Assembly: GCA_000002445.1 (NCBI GenBank)
Contig: AE017150.2
Span: 704,001 to 768,000, forward strand
Length of the DNA: 64,000 nt
DNA from: Trypanosoma brucei
Taxonomy: Eukaryota
Direction of reading: 5' to 3'
This document shows positions 22,265 to 32,854 of the stretch, piece by piece. Numbering within the stretch: position 1 is the first letter of the stretch; every line of letters begins with the position of its first letter. The notes beneath the pieces are model-generated. The model was not told the origin of the DNA. It saw nothing but the letters and a program-made list of their open reading frames with translations, and made no database searches. A program made the translations under genes and the position numbers.

Positions 22265-24454
22265 TTAAAAGCGTTTCATTTGTCCATGACCTTGACAAAC
22301 ACGCCAGTCCCAAGGACAGTCGTTCATCAACCCTGGATACAACAGCCCAACTTTTTCCATCTTAACTAAGTCAAATCTCCTCCTCACCTTCTTACCAGGC
22401 ACATCGTCCTTCAATTCGTTACCTCCATGAGGGGAAATACCTGCCGTTGGGGAGTTGACTCCATTTTCGCTTGCATTAGTCTCAGGAGGCAACAAATACG
22501 TATCCAACAGTACCTTCAGTGCTCGACAACCGCTCACCTGAGACATCATTTCTTCCGCGGCATCTAGTTCCAGTAGCTCCGACAAGGCAGCAATTTGTGC
22601 GAATAACACTTGTGCAAACGGGTTGATAGAGGTGGGCGATGCTAAGCATGAAGGTGATGTCGCTGACGGCAGCACAACGCGTTGCCTCTCAAGCTGAAGC
22701 AATAAGCATTTGTGAAGTTGCTTGCGTATATCCTCAACATTATGTATGTGTTCCCGCATAAAGCGAAACAGTGGATAAACATGCAAGGCCGCCCGTGTGC
22801 GTTGTGCTTTGGGGACCAGCAGGTGACCAACCGTCGGTGGCGCCATGCGGACACGCGTTGATCCTGCAGGCCTGGTCGAGCAGCCTGCGTTCGGTTGAAC
22901 TGGTTGATATCCCTTTGTAACAAGCACAATGAACTTACGATACATATCTGTTGCCTCTTCTGTCCCGCCAAGGAGCGCCAGGCTGGGAGCTAAATATATC
23001 AGGCATCTCGGGCTCTCCACCATCAGAACAGAATTAAGGTGAAAAGTCAACAGCTCACGCCACCAGTCGGCACTCCCACACACACCTACTGACCGTTGGC
23101 GTATGAGGTCTTCCGCTAGTCGATGAAAGACAAGATCCGTGCAACTCCGAAGAATATCAAGATAAACCGTTTCCGAAGGACGTATTTCCGACTGTGAAAA
23201 GGAGGGAAGCGTGGAAGAGCCATTTGGGTCCGCACCCCACCCTTGTGTCGGATTTTTATGCTGACCCGCAACCGCTCGCGCTTCGTCGTCATGAGCTTGC
23301 AAAGAAAGCTCGAGGTCCAAGAGCCACTGCAGCACAAACTGAATGAGTTCATTGCGGTACAATAGCATCCTGTTATTCTGCACAAACGTATCGGTAAGAC
23401 GGGCGACACCGGAGGTACGACCACTAATCGATCCACCAAGCGCATCATCTGTACCGGAACGCATGCTTTGGCTGGCATCGCTAAGATCTGCATCGCTACT
23501 CGACAAAAACGGAGCCTTCAGTCCAGTAGAATGTCGTTGCTGTTGAGGATGGCACGCGCTCGGAGAGGCAAAACTCCCAGCATCTGCACTACTCCCATCA
23601 GAGCGACACAGAGATGCATCCCGAGAGGAAGTTTGCTGTGTGTCATACCCGCATCCACCAAGTTTACTTTCTTCCTTGCATCGAGCACTACCATTCGCAC
23701 TATGCCCAAGCATGCTGATCTCTCCACCGCTAAACGGAGAGGCTAGGGGTATATGTGCCTCAAGTGCGAGGTGAAGGAAGAGGGCGATAGAAATCGTGTG
23801 ATGCCTCTTCTCTCCCCACCTCCACCGAGGCACAAGAAAGCGCACACACGTATTCAATACATCCAAAACCACAGTGCCATCATAATTGACCGCCACAGCG
23901 TTTATGAGACGCATGATGGTATCTGCTGGAACCATGCGCTGCGCACCATCCGCCACAGGCGAGCGAATACGGAAAGGTTTCATTGCAACCTCTAACACAC
24001 CACGAACAGCTTGCACGGATTGTTCCATCAGCAGCAAACAAACGCGTTCGAAGCCCACTTTAATTCGATCGTGCCAACGCGTGATCTTCCGCATGTCATG
24101 GCGGTACCCGTCTCGGCTGTACACCTCCAATCCCATAGTTTCCCGTGACTCGAACACCCTCCACCACGGTAGCGTATGAAGCACGCCAAGAACCAAAAGA
24201 CGGAGTTCAGTGAGTGCCCCCTTTGAAAAGTTTTTGTTTTCGATGCATTCCTTCACCCAAACGTAAGCGTCGTCCAGCCACTCACATATTTCGCGGTCCT
24301 TTTGCTCAGCTAGCGATGTACGTCGTAAGATATCGAAAAGGACCTGTTGTTGCGCAGCGAACTCACTCCTGTCTTCACTACGCAACGAAGGAAATGACTC
24401 CCCCTTCTGCGCGGAAAGTGTAGGAGAGTTTGAAAATGAGCGCTCTCGCTTCAT
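22265..24454 (-). CDS. Hypothetical protein, 729 aa.
   Basis: Long ORF with a confirmed ATG at 24454 and non-repetitive, protein-like composition. I recognised no domain by eye. Confidence 0.6.
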   Translation of the reverse strand: MKRERSFSNSPTLSAQKGESFPSLRSEDRSEFAAQQQVLFDILRRTSLAEQKDREICEWLDDAYVWVKECIENKNFSKGALTELRLLVLGVLHTLPWWRVFESRETMGLEVYSRDGYRHDMRKITRWHDRIKVGFERVCLLLMEQSVQAVRGVLEVAMKPFRIRSPVADGAQRMVPADTIMRLINAVAVNYDGTVVLDVLNTCVRFLVPRWRWGEKRHHTISIALFLHLALEAHIPLASPFSGGEISMLGHSANGSARCKEESKLGGCGYDTQQTSSRDASLCRSDGSSADAGSFASPSACHPQQQRHSTGLKAPFLSSSDADLSDASQSMRSGTDDALGGSISGRTSGVARLTDTFVQNNRMLLYRNELIQFVLQWLLDLELSLQAHDDEARAVAGQHKNPTQGWGADPNGSSTLPSFSQSEIRPSETVYLDILRSCTDLVFHRLAEDLIRQRSVGVCGSADWWRELLTFHLNSVLMVESPRCLIYLAPSLALLGGTEEATDMYRKFIVLVTKGYQPVQPNAGCSTRPAGSTRVRMAPPTVGHLLVPKAQRTRAALHVYPLFRFMREHIHNVEDIRKQLHKCLLLQLERQRVVLPSATSPSCLASPTSINPFAQVLFAQIAALSELLELDAAEEMMSQVSGCRALKVLLDTYLLPPETNASENGVNSPTAGISPHGGNELKDDVPGKKVRRRFDLVKMEKVGLLYPGLMNDCPWDWRVCQGHGQMKRF

Positions 24455-25161
24455 TAACTCACTCCCACACCGTACGTGCCTACCTTTCGACTAATAGTTG
24501 AGCCGCAATGGGCACGCAAACACAAAATTAATGGACCGAAAACAATAATAACAATAATGTATGTACGAACGCCCGTTTGTTTGTGTGTTTCTGCTTTAGC
24601 TCCCCGTTGTGGTGCCTTCGGAATTACAAATAGCGAAACGAGAACAGAAAACCTCACGGGAAAGATTAAATGCATAACAGGGATAAAAGACATGGCCACA
24701 TGAACCGCACACAATTTTAAAAAGATATTAAGAGGTGAAATAAACAACAATGATAGAAACAATTTTGAAATGAATAAAAAACTCACACGTTTTAGAGGGA
24801 TGGTAGCTTGTCCAAGAGCGGCATTCCCATCCCATCTGAACTGCAAGTGAAGTTAAATAGAACCAAATATCAGCAACAAACACAGCGGCACAACTCAAAA
24901 GAAAAAATAGACAAACAAAAAATCTACTGCCACAGCCCTGGTCCACAAAGAAATAGCAACAATAATAGTAGAAGACAAAAATCACAACAAACGTCAAACC
25001 TCTTCCTCCTCCCTTCACCACCGCCTTGGGTAGTACAGCAACAATAAATGAAGAGTAAAAAAAAAAAAGTTGTGTTACGAAATTTTCCTTGACGTAAAAA
25101 CACAACAGAATGTCAACAGTTGAAACAAAGCGAAGGATATTCACAAAAGGTAAAACAGCTG

Positions 25162-26121
25162 TTATGATATATGTGACAAATGTTCTTCTGTGGCGGGGGT
25201 GGCGGTGGGTCGTTTTGTTTTTCCGTTGACCAAACGAAGATGAGTTTCCAGCGCACTCAAGAACCAATAATGAATTTCATTCACGTCATCAATTCGGCGG
25301 ACGGTTCCTCGGACACACGTCACACCGCCACAGGAATCGACGGGCAACGCCGTTCTTTTTCGGGGTTCAACATTATTTGATGTGGAGGAGATGAAGTCCT
25401 GCATACCCTTCACCACACGACACGCATCCTTTGAAATATCCGCGAAGGTGAGGCGACCCACCACAAACACATAATCATTTTCCTGTACCTCGCAATTGCA
25501 ATCGCATAATTCAGGCCTGTCTTGGAGATCGGAATCACCATAAAGCATTGCTTCTGCCGCTAAAGTTTCTGTTGTGCGGTCATCTTTTCGCAGAGAACGC
25601 GCTCCCTCCCCATGTGGAGCACATGCGCCATGTGCTGCGTTTGTAACATCACATTCATTATTATGTTCTTTTAACTGCGAGTCGTATTGTATCACAGCAA
25701 TCATACCCGTATTATCTGAGACCAACATCGCAGTATAATCTCTAGCTGCATGACTCTCAGCCGTTGTGACTCTCTCACATCTCACAACGCGGCCGCTGAA
25801 ACATATCGCTTCGCACGGGCAACCGTCGATCATGACAGTCGACACACCAACACGTGGCGCGCGGAGCAGTTGTGATAAAAAAACCGGGCGTTGTGGCCGG
25901 TACTTGTGTGGTGCAGACATGTTTCCCGCTGAAATGCCGGTGTTATGGTGGTCGGCGCCATTACCGCTTTTCAACAAAGCTTCCCAATTTCCATGAGAAG
26001 TGGCCATAAAGCAGGGGTCAGTTTTTATATGTGTGGACTGAGCGAAGCGAGTGGCATCACATTGACCAGTGGTGACCTTCTCATTAGGCATATTGAGAAA
26101 ATGAAAGGCCACAGACTTCAT
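25162..26121 (-). CDS. Hypothetical protein of about 320 aa. The start is uncertain and the protein may have an OB-fold-like C-terminal half.
   Basis: ORF 25162..26310 starts at TTG. The polypyrimidine tract on the coding strand maps to + coordinates 26192-26214, so the start should lie downstream of it. The first ATG after it is at 26121 (MKSVAF), with an alternative at 26091 (MPNEKV). Confidence 0.4.
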   Translation of the reverse strand: MKSVAFHFLNMPNEKVTTGQCDATRFAQSTHIKTDPCFMATSHGNWEALLKSGNGADHHNTGISAGNMSAPHKYRPQRPVFLSQLLRAPRVGVSTVMIDGCPCEAICFSGRVVRCERVTTAESHAARDYTAMLVSDNTGMIAVIQYDSQLKEHNNECDVTNAAHGACAPHGEGARSLRKDDRTTETLAAEAMLYGDSDLQDRPELCDCNCEVQENDYVFVVGRLTFADISKDACRVVKGMQDFISSTSNNVEPRKRTALPVDSCGGVTCVRGTVRRIDDVNEIHYWFLSALETHLRLVNGKTKRPTATPATEEHLSHIS

Positions 26122-26191
26122 GATTATGTGTCTTTGTACTTGTACTTGACATATCGGCATACAAACCGCGTTAATTGATACGGTGTATATC

Positions 26192-26214
26192 AAAAAAAAA
26201 AGAGAGAGAAGAAA
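26192..26214 (-). promoter_or_regulatory. Polypyrimidine tract on the coding strand (polypurine on +) upstream of the 25162..26121 gene. It is a candidate trans-splicing/polyadenylation signal.
   Basis: The + strand caaaaaaaaaagagagagaagaaag becomes a CT-rich run on the minus strand just upstream of the candidate ATGs. Confidence 0.45.
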
Positions 26215-26704
26215 GTCGATGGACACGTGATTTAGTACTTGTGGCATTAGCATATCTAACACCACCATATACTTGGTGAAAAAGTTAACAGGTGCGAGGA
26301 GAACAAACAATGCATACGAAGGTTTCTCTCTTCAGGCACATAAGCACACTGATAAAGACTAACAGTGCATCAGTTGTATTGATAGCGCCGGTGGCAGAGT
26401 ACGTCTGACAAGTGGTGAGACGGAAGGAAGAAGGGGGGAAAGCTGCGTATCATCAAAATATATGAAATAAAGTGAACGGGCGCGGTCCACAATTTGGCAC
26501 GCAGTTCCGGGTATAATGAGTTAGCTCAAATGAGCAAGCACCCTTTGTTAGGAAGGTGACACATCAATAAAGGGGGGGGGAACAAGCGAAAGTGCAAATC
26601 GCCCTCTTACGTCCTCTTCAGATTATCTATCATTTCTATAGACCAAAAACAACAGCAACAAAAAAAAAATAATAATAATAATATATCATTTATACCATCC
26701 TCCG

Positions 26705-29212
26705 CTACGATGCAGAGGGACTTGTACGGGTGTGGAGGGGTTTTAAATGCAACGACACGGGGAACTGTGTTATCGGTACATCTCTCACGACAGAAGTCCT
26801 TCCCTGTATCCCTTCCTTTTTTCCACCATCGCTGGTACGAGCCGAATCACCATAATTCATCCTTCGCACCTTTTCAGTTTCCTCCTCATCGCCCTCCCGA
26901 CCGTCGCGTTCCTCTTCACTGGTGATTGTATCTGAAGAACGTGCCGACTGACCTAATTGACATTCAATAGGCCGACTATAAAACCAATTCTGCGCTTGTC
27001 TCATTAATATCACCATTTCATCGGCAAAAAACAATGACTTCTGCACGGTTATCTCTACACAATTTTGAACCATAGAGCGGTGCAGTTGGTGCATAGAAGA
27101 GAGATGGTTGGCCAAAATTGAGTTCATTCTGTGTGAAAGAATTACCTCGGACATATGATCCGTCGCCTTTTCGAGAACAGCTATTTGTGCGTTGCTCTCG
27201 CGCAGGGCCCTTTCCGCCTCACCGCGGCGCTGTATTTCTTTGCGCAGCCGCTTCATCAACTCCTCCCGCGAGAGAGCGGCAAACTCAATCATGCCATTGT
27301 CAACCGTATGTAGGCAAAAAGGTAAGTCATTGCTCATTGTCAGAATGCTTTCTTGTTCCTTCCTCGTTTGAGCCATCTGCAGTTGGCCGTCACCTGAATC
27401 TCTTAAAACACTCGGGCTTGTGGCAGTCACCGCCCGCTCCCTGAAGGTACCAGACACTTCGTGAGGGTATATTGTCAACCGCGGGACTTTGTCCAGTTTT
27501 CCCTCGAAGTACTGCATGAGAATATTATCCGCGTCTTTTCCACCACATAAAAATACACTAGGTTGTACCCCTTCTTTATTTTCCATGTTTTTAGGATATA
27601 CATTCGTGGCAGTCGCAGCCGTGACTGCCTTGCCTTCACCACTATCTCCGTCCGAATGGCAGCGCGTACCGTCCGCTGTTGCGGAACTCGCCGACACCAA
27701 GACGTCATGATTATGGATTCTCTTTAATCGATATGTCACCGCACGCTCGATCATTTTATCCAACGCCCTACTGCCGCGTTCTCGAGCCTCCGCAACGAGT
27801 TCCTGACGCCGCTTTTCATGTTCCTGCACAAGTTGCCCATCCTGCGGTGTGGCAACAATTAACGTGTCCTTCCTACATTGTCTGGAGTCCAACAAGGGGG
27901 ATAAACGCTCATTGGGATGAAGTGACGTACTACGTGATGTCACAGCACCCAATTCTGGAATAGTCCACTGGTGCTCGCTGATGACAGCGTGCCCGTATGT
28001 GCTGTGCTCATGGTCATCAACACCATTACCGCCATTTGGTGGAGGACCTTCCACAGCATTCTTATGGGACAAACCAGTGTAACCGAGCATATGCAATTGC
28101 TTTCTCAGCCACTCTAGTTCTCTTTCATAAAGGTGACGTTCCTCCAAATCCGAGGGTGTTTTAATAGAACCTCGAACGTTTCCATCACATGAGGCGTGGC
28201 CCTCCACCCTTACGTACGATTCAACCATTCCAATCATTCGTTGAAGAATACTGACACGGGTTTCCAGCGGACATTCTGCAAAAGTTTCCGCCCCTTCATT
28301 ATCCAACTTGGCTTCTGACGCGAGAAAATGTATGAGAGACTTATATGACCTCAAAAAGCAAATAAACAACGGTGTCCGGGCTGCTGCCATTCGGTTCCCC
28401 TCATTGGCTATGCGCAACACCTCTTCGTATGGCGCATTGAGTAGAGAATCACATACGTCGCCACACCTCCTACATAAGGTAAGGAGCGAGATGGTGGTGG
28501 AGTGTGTTGTACTTCTATCGTTTGCTTGCAATAGATGCGGTCGTGCACGTGCTACGATGGGGCGCCTAAAGATATTTGGTGCATTTAACCATCCAAGCGC
28601 ATTACTGCACGGCGCCCCGCACAGCCAACATGAGTATGATGACGACGATGATGATGATATATTGGTAGGGAATGACCCGTTCACCTCGTCCCCACCGTTA
28701 CCTGCGTGAGGACTCCACTCCATTGTCGTAAGATGTTTGATTTCTTCATTTAGTCCATCGATACTTGCACTCGCATTATCCAACTCAATACTCTCCGCCA
28801 TAGTTCTGTGACTGCGAAGGATGTGCGTGAGACGCTCCTCAATGGCGGAACTGCCATTGTGTCGATCCCCCTTTCCACTGAACGAATTACCTCCATACGC
28901 GGAAGCTTCATCACACCTGCCGACGTGGTCACTTTTATCACTAATCACAACGTTTCGTTTGGAAGTTCCGTGCGTGCAGGTAATTGTGCGCGGGGATCCG
29001 CTCCTCGGTAGGAGATGACGCAGCGGCGTGCCCACGGGTTGCTGCATGATGGAACTCACACCATCAAATGAATTCTCGCTGATGAAACCTTGAGTTGTTG
29101 TCTCCTTGCCTTGGTGAGGTGGAACTGCAGCCTTCCACGCGATGAATGGGCTGAAGGCTTGAGTTAATTCCTGATACATTTGCTCCACGTCATTATTCGG
29201 TGTGGAGCTCAT
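26705..29212 (-). CDS. Hypothetical protein of 835 aa with a C-terminal coiled-coil segment.
   Basis: ATG confirmed at 29212 (MSSTPNNDVEQ). Long ORF with normal composition. A heptad-like region (EELMKRLRKEIQRRGEAERALRESNAQIAVLEKA) sits near the C-terminus. Confidence 0.6.
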   Translation of the reverse strand: MSSTPNNDVEQMYQELTQAFSPFIAWKAAVPPHQGKETTTQGFISENSFDGVSSIMQQPVGTPLRHLLPRSGSPRTITCTHGTSKRNVVISDKSDHVGRCDEASAYGGNSFSGKGDRHNGSSAIEERLTHILRSHRTMAESIELDNASASIDGLNEEIKHLTTMEWSPHAGNGGDEVNGSFPTNISSSSSSSYSCWLCGAPCSNALGWLNAPNIFRRPIVARARPHLLQANDRSTTHSTTISLLTLCRRCGDVCDSLLNAPYEEVLRIANEGNRMAAARTPLFICFLRSYKSLIHFLASEAKLDNEGAETFAECPLETRVSILQRMIGMVESYVRVEGHASCDGNVRGSIKTPSDLEERHLYERELEWLRKQLHMLGYTGLSHKNAVEGPPPNGGNGVDDHEHSTYGHAVISEHQWTIPELGAVTSRSTSLHPNERLSPLLDSRQCRKDTLIVATPQDGQLVQEHEKRRQELVAEARERGSRALDKMIERAVTYRLKRIHNHDVLVSASSATADGTRCHSDGDSGEGKAVTAATATNVYPKNMENKEGVQPSVFLCGGKDADNILMQYFEGKLDKVPRLTIYPHEVSGTFRERAVTATSPSVLRDSGDGQLQMAQTRKEQESILTMSNDLPFCLHTVDNGMIEFAALSREELMKRLRKEIQRRGEAERALRESNAQIAVLEKATDHMSEVILSHRMNSILANHLSSMHQLHRSMVQNCVEITVQKSLFFADEMVILMRQAQNWFYSRPIECQLGQSARSSDTITSEEERDGREGDEEETEKVRRMNYGDSARTSDGGKKEGIQGRTSVVRDVPITQFPVSLHLKPLHTRTSPSAS

Positions 29213-30511
29213 GCCTCAAAGGATGACACCTACCACAACCTCTGATGATTCACGAAAACAAGTTAAAAGTTGTGCTAGAAATTTCTAGCACCTCAAAAAG
29301 TGTTTGAGAGAAACTTTTCTGCCTCTATAAAGTAGAAAAGGTTAATATGATAATGAAGAGCTATGATGGAAGTGATAACAAAAATAATAATGATAGTTAT
29401 CCCGCTACGGTCGTTTGATTTCACTTGTCGGTTGTTGGTGATGAGCCTCTATGTGCTTTGGAACCCTATAGAGGGAAAATAAGAGAGCTAAGCGTAATGG
29501 AGAAATGAATGGAGAGCACACGAGAAGAAATAATAGCGCACGCGATTCATACGTATGGAACAGAATCAAATGTTTTCCCTTCATACAATGTCGAAAAGGA
29601 GGAAGCGGGTTTCCCTAACGGAAGAGAAAGCCGTACGGAAGATGAAGAGAATTAGGCATAACTGTCACATCCAATGTGGTATTCGTATCCACACATCCAC
29701 ACACACAGAGAAAGAGTAGAACACGGTTGGAAAGAGAGAGAGAGAAAAGGGAAAACACACACAAAAAAATTAAATCATCAGATCCTCGCCCGTCTGTCTT
29801 ACCTCTTCTCTGTGCCGTCAACTATCACAATGCAAAGTTTTTTTTTAATTATTATTATTACTTTTTTTGACTTCAATAACAAACAGATGCTTCTGGAGCT
29901 TCCCTTTTCGTCTTTCCCCCCTCTCTCACTTCACTTCAGTTCATCTCCTTTCCTGAGTTTATTAAATTTTATATTGTCACTGTTGTGAAATTTGTACCTC
30001 CTTTTCTTTCCTCCAAAATTTATATGGTTATATATTATTTATTTTCGTAACGTACCACAACATCTACACATGAAGGAATCTTAACAAATATGGAAGAAAT
30101 ATAAAATAAAAGGAACACAAATCAAGAATTGTACGAGGCACACTAAGAAGAAATAAAACAAAGTGAAAATATGACAAAACAAAACAAAACAAAAATTTTG
30201 AAATAAGGAGAGGAATAAATAATGAAAGAAATATATAAGAAGGAATAGGGAAATGGTTGGGGTTTGATATATTCATACATATGTACGTGTGAACGAGTTG
30301 TTTTGGTGGCAGTGCTTCAATGCACGCGAATACAAACCTGAAAAGGAAGAAAATAACGACAAAAACAACGGCATGAAATCAAGAAGAAAACAAAAAGATA
30401 TAATAATACAGGGCCAAATCAAAAAGAAAAAAGAGGAGGATGGAGAAATGAGCACGAAAACACATGACAGCACTAAAAAAAAAAAGAAAAAGAAGAGAAA
30501 TTACACTTCTT

Positions 30512-30514
<3 letters not shown>

Positions 30515-30548
<34 letters not shown>
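30515..30548. repeat. (AT)17 dinucleotide microsatellite inside a 3.6-kb AT-rich intergenic region.
   Basis: Directly visible: atatatat... over 34 bp, flanked by poly(A)/(GA)-rich sequence. Confidence 0.95.
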
Positions 30549-30552
<4 letters not shown>

Positions 30553-32854
30553 CCCCTTCCTCCCTAAGCACACCTTACTCAACTCGTACCTGTTGTAAGA
30601 AAAAAGTTTTTTTTTAAAAAAATCTTTCTCTACAAACAAAACACCCAAAAAATGAAAGCGAAGAGTGATGCCGTTGTAAAAAAATAAAAAGGAAAAATAG
30701 AAATAGAAATAGAAGCGCAGAAACCGTTAAAGGGGAAAAGGAAAAAGGAAAAAGGAAAAGCAAGCGAAGAAAAAGAAGCTGCTTCTATCCATCTATCCGT
30801 CCATTCATTCATCATAACAGAAATTTTGTGTTTGAATTTGTCTGTAAAGGTGACTGTGAGGAAAAGGGAGAAAAGTAACAAATTCACCCATACGAAGTAA
30901 TTGAACCACCTTCCTCCCTACACACATACACCAAACAATAAAAAAGGGGGGAGAATACGCGCGTTCAATACAAAATAAACAAATAAATAAATATATATGT
31001 ATATTTACGTTCCTGTGTTTATCTATTTTTACTTATCCATCTTTTCCCTCTTTTTTTTAATTTATACTCAACAAAAACCAACAAATATGAATAAATAAGG
31101 GAATGTCTGCATACACTAGCGTAAAAATAAAGAATAAATCAAAAAATGAGCGAGATGTCTGTGGGAAGGAAGGGGATTTTTTAAAAAAATCTCTCTCTAT
31201 CTCTTTTTTAAAAAAAATAATTGAATGGACACTGCTGCAAAGTGGCGGCGCAAGAAAAAACATCGAGCCGTTCACTTTCTTGAGAAAAACGAAAATAGAA
31301 AATACGCGCAACCTCACAAGAAACACAAAAAAAACCTGCCGGCGCTAACACGTCACCACATATTTGATGTAGCGAAACGGAAATATACGGCAACAACCAG
31401 ACCAAAATAATAAAAGTAAAAAAGAAAATAAACGGAATGAGACGGTAGAAATGGGTTTCGCACAAACAAAGAAACAAAAAAAACTCCAAAAATCGGGAAA
31501 ATTGAACCGACAAAAAAAATAAGTGAAGGAATGAGTTGAGTCGAGAGAAAAAGGAAACGCGTTCGGATGGGAATGCAATAAAACTGATGGTGGAAAATGA
31601 CGGCTCCGTTCATTATAAAAAATAACCTTTGGCTCAGTATTACTGAAGCAAAGTAGTGATAAAACTCGGAACCGTACGCCAGCAGCTTACTACTTTCATG
31701 CGCTACGGAAAACCTTCAGGAATTTTCTTTAAAATAGGGGGAAGGGAAAGAAAAAAGTAATAATAATTAACGCCCATACTGACAAGGTACGAAAAACATG
31801 TAAAAATAAATGCCTACACAAGTAGAGTTAAATATATTATAATTGCTCAAGTATGTTGAGAAAAATGTTTTGGTATTTTGATTTTGACTTTGAGAAAACA
31901 AAACAAAAGAGTTTCACTCACTCATCGCTGCGTCGCCAACCACGGTCTTTTCCTCTTCCCATTCCTCCACTCTTTCCTATTGTGAACTTCAAACATCATC
32001 ATTTTTCCTCTTTTTTTTTCCTTCGGGGGTGATTTGCTTCTTCTTCTTTAATTTACTGTTTGTCACCTTTAGATAAAACGGTCATGCAGCGACTCGAAAC
32101 TGGAAACTGATAGAAAAAATCAATGTATGAAAGAAATAAATAAATGATATATAAACATATATATAATATTTATTACGATAAAACAAGAATCCATATTAGT
32201 TTAAATTCATTACTCTACCACGGCCGCAAGCGTATATAACTCATATACCAAAACAGAAACAAAATAACGTAAATAAAATAATGGAGGACAGCAAAATAGT
32301 ATCCTTTCCTCATTGGAAAATAAAATAAATATTTATTTACTTATGTTTATTTATACTTACCTATAGTAATAATAATGATAACAATAATAATAATAATAAT
32401 GAGCCGTTTCAACAAAGAGAGGACATAAGCATCAAGGAAAAAGCGCGTTGATGGAGTATGTAATAACACAATTGTTTGTAAAACGTCTATCTCCACCAGA
32501 TCCTCATCCGCTTCCTCTCCTCGTTGCGGTGAAGCTTCAAATGTTCCTTCTCTCTTTTTCTTTTCCCTTCATTTGCTTCATGTCAGCACTGCTAATGTAT
32601 GTGTTTGTATGTGCGTTTTTTTCTTTCCTTTTCTTTACTGTCACTGATAAGCCCCCGCATGAAGCACACGATAAAAATGCGCAAATAACCAGCCATACTT
32701 ATATATTAATTTTTTAACCAAACGGGAAACACGAACACAATGTTCTCATTTGATATCCATTCCTTTGTTCCCTTCAAGGACGCCGATACCGAAACGTTCA
32801 CATCCATTCACCAGAGAGTTTAGCTTTACCTAAAGGGAAATAAACACACACTAA

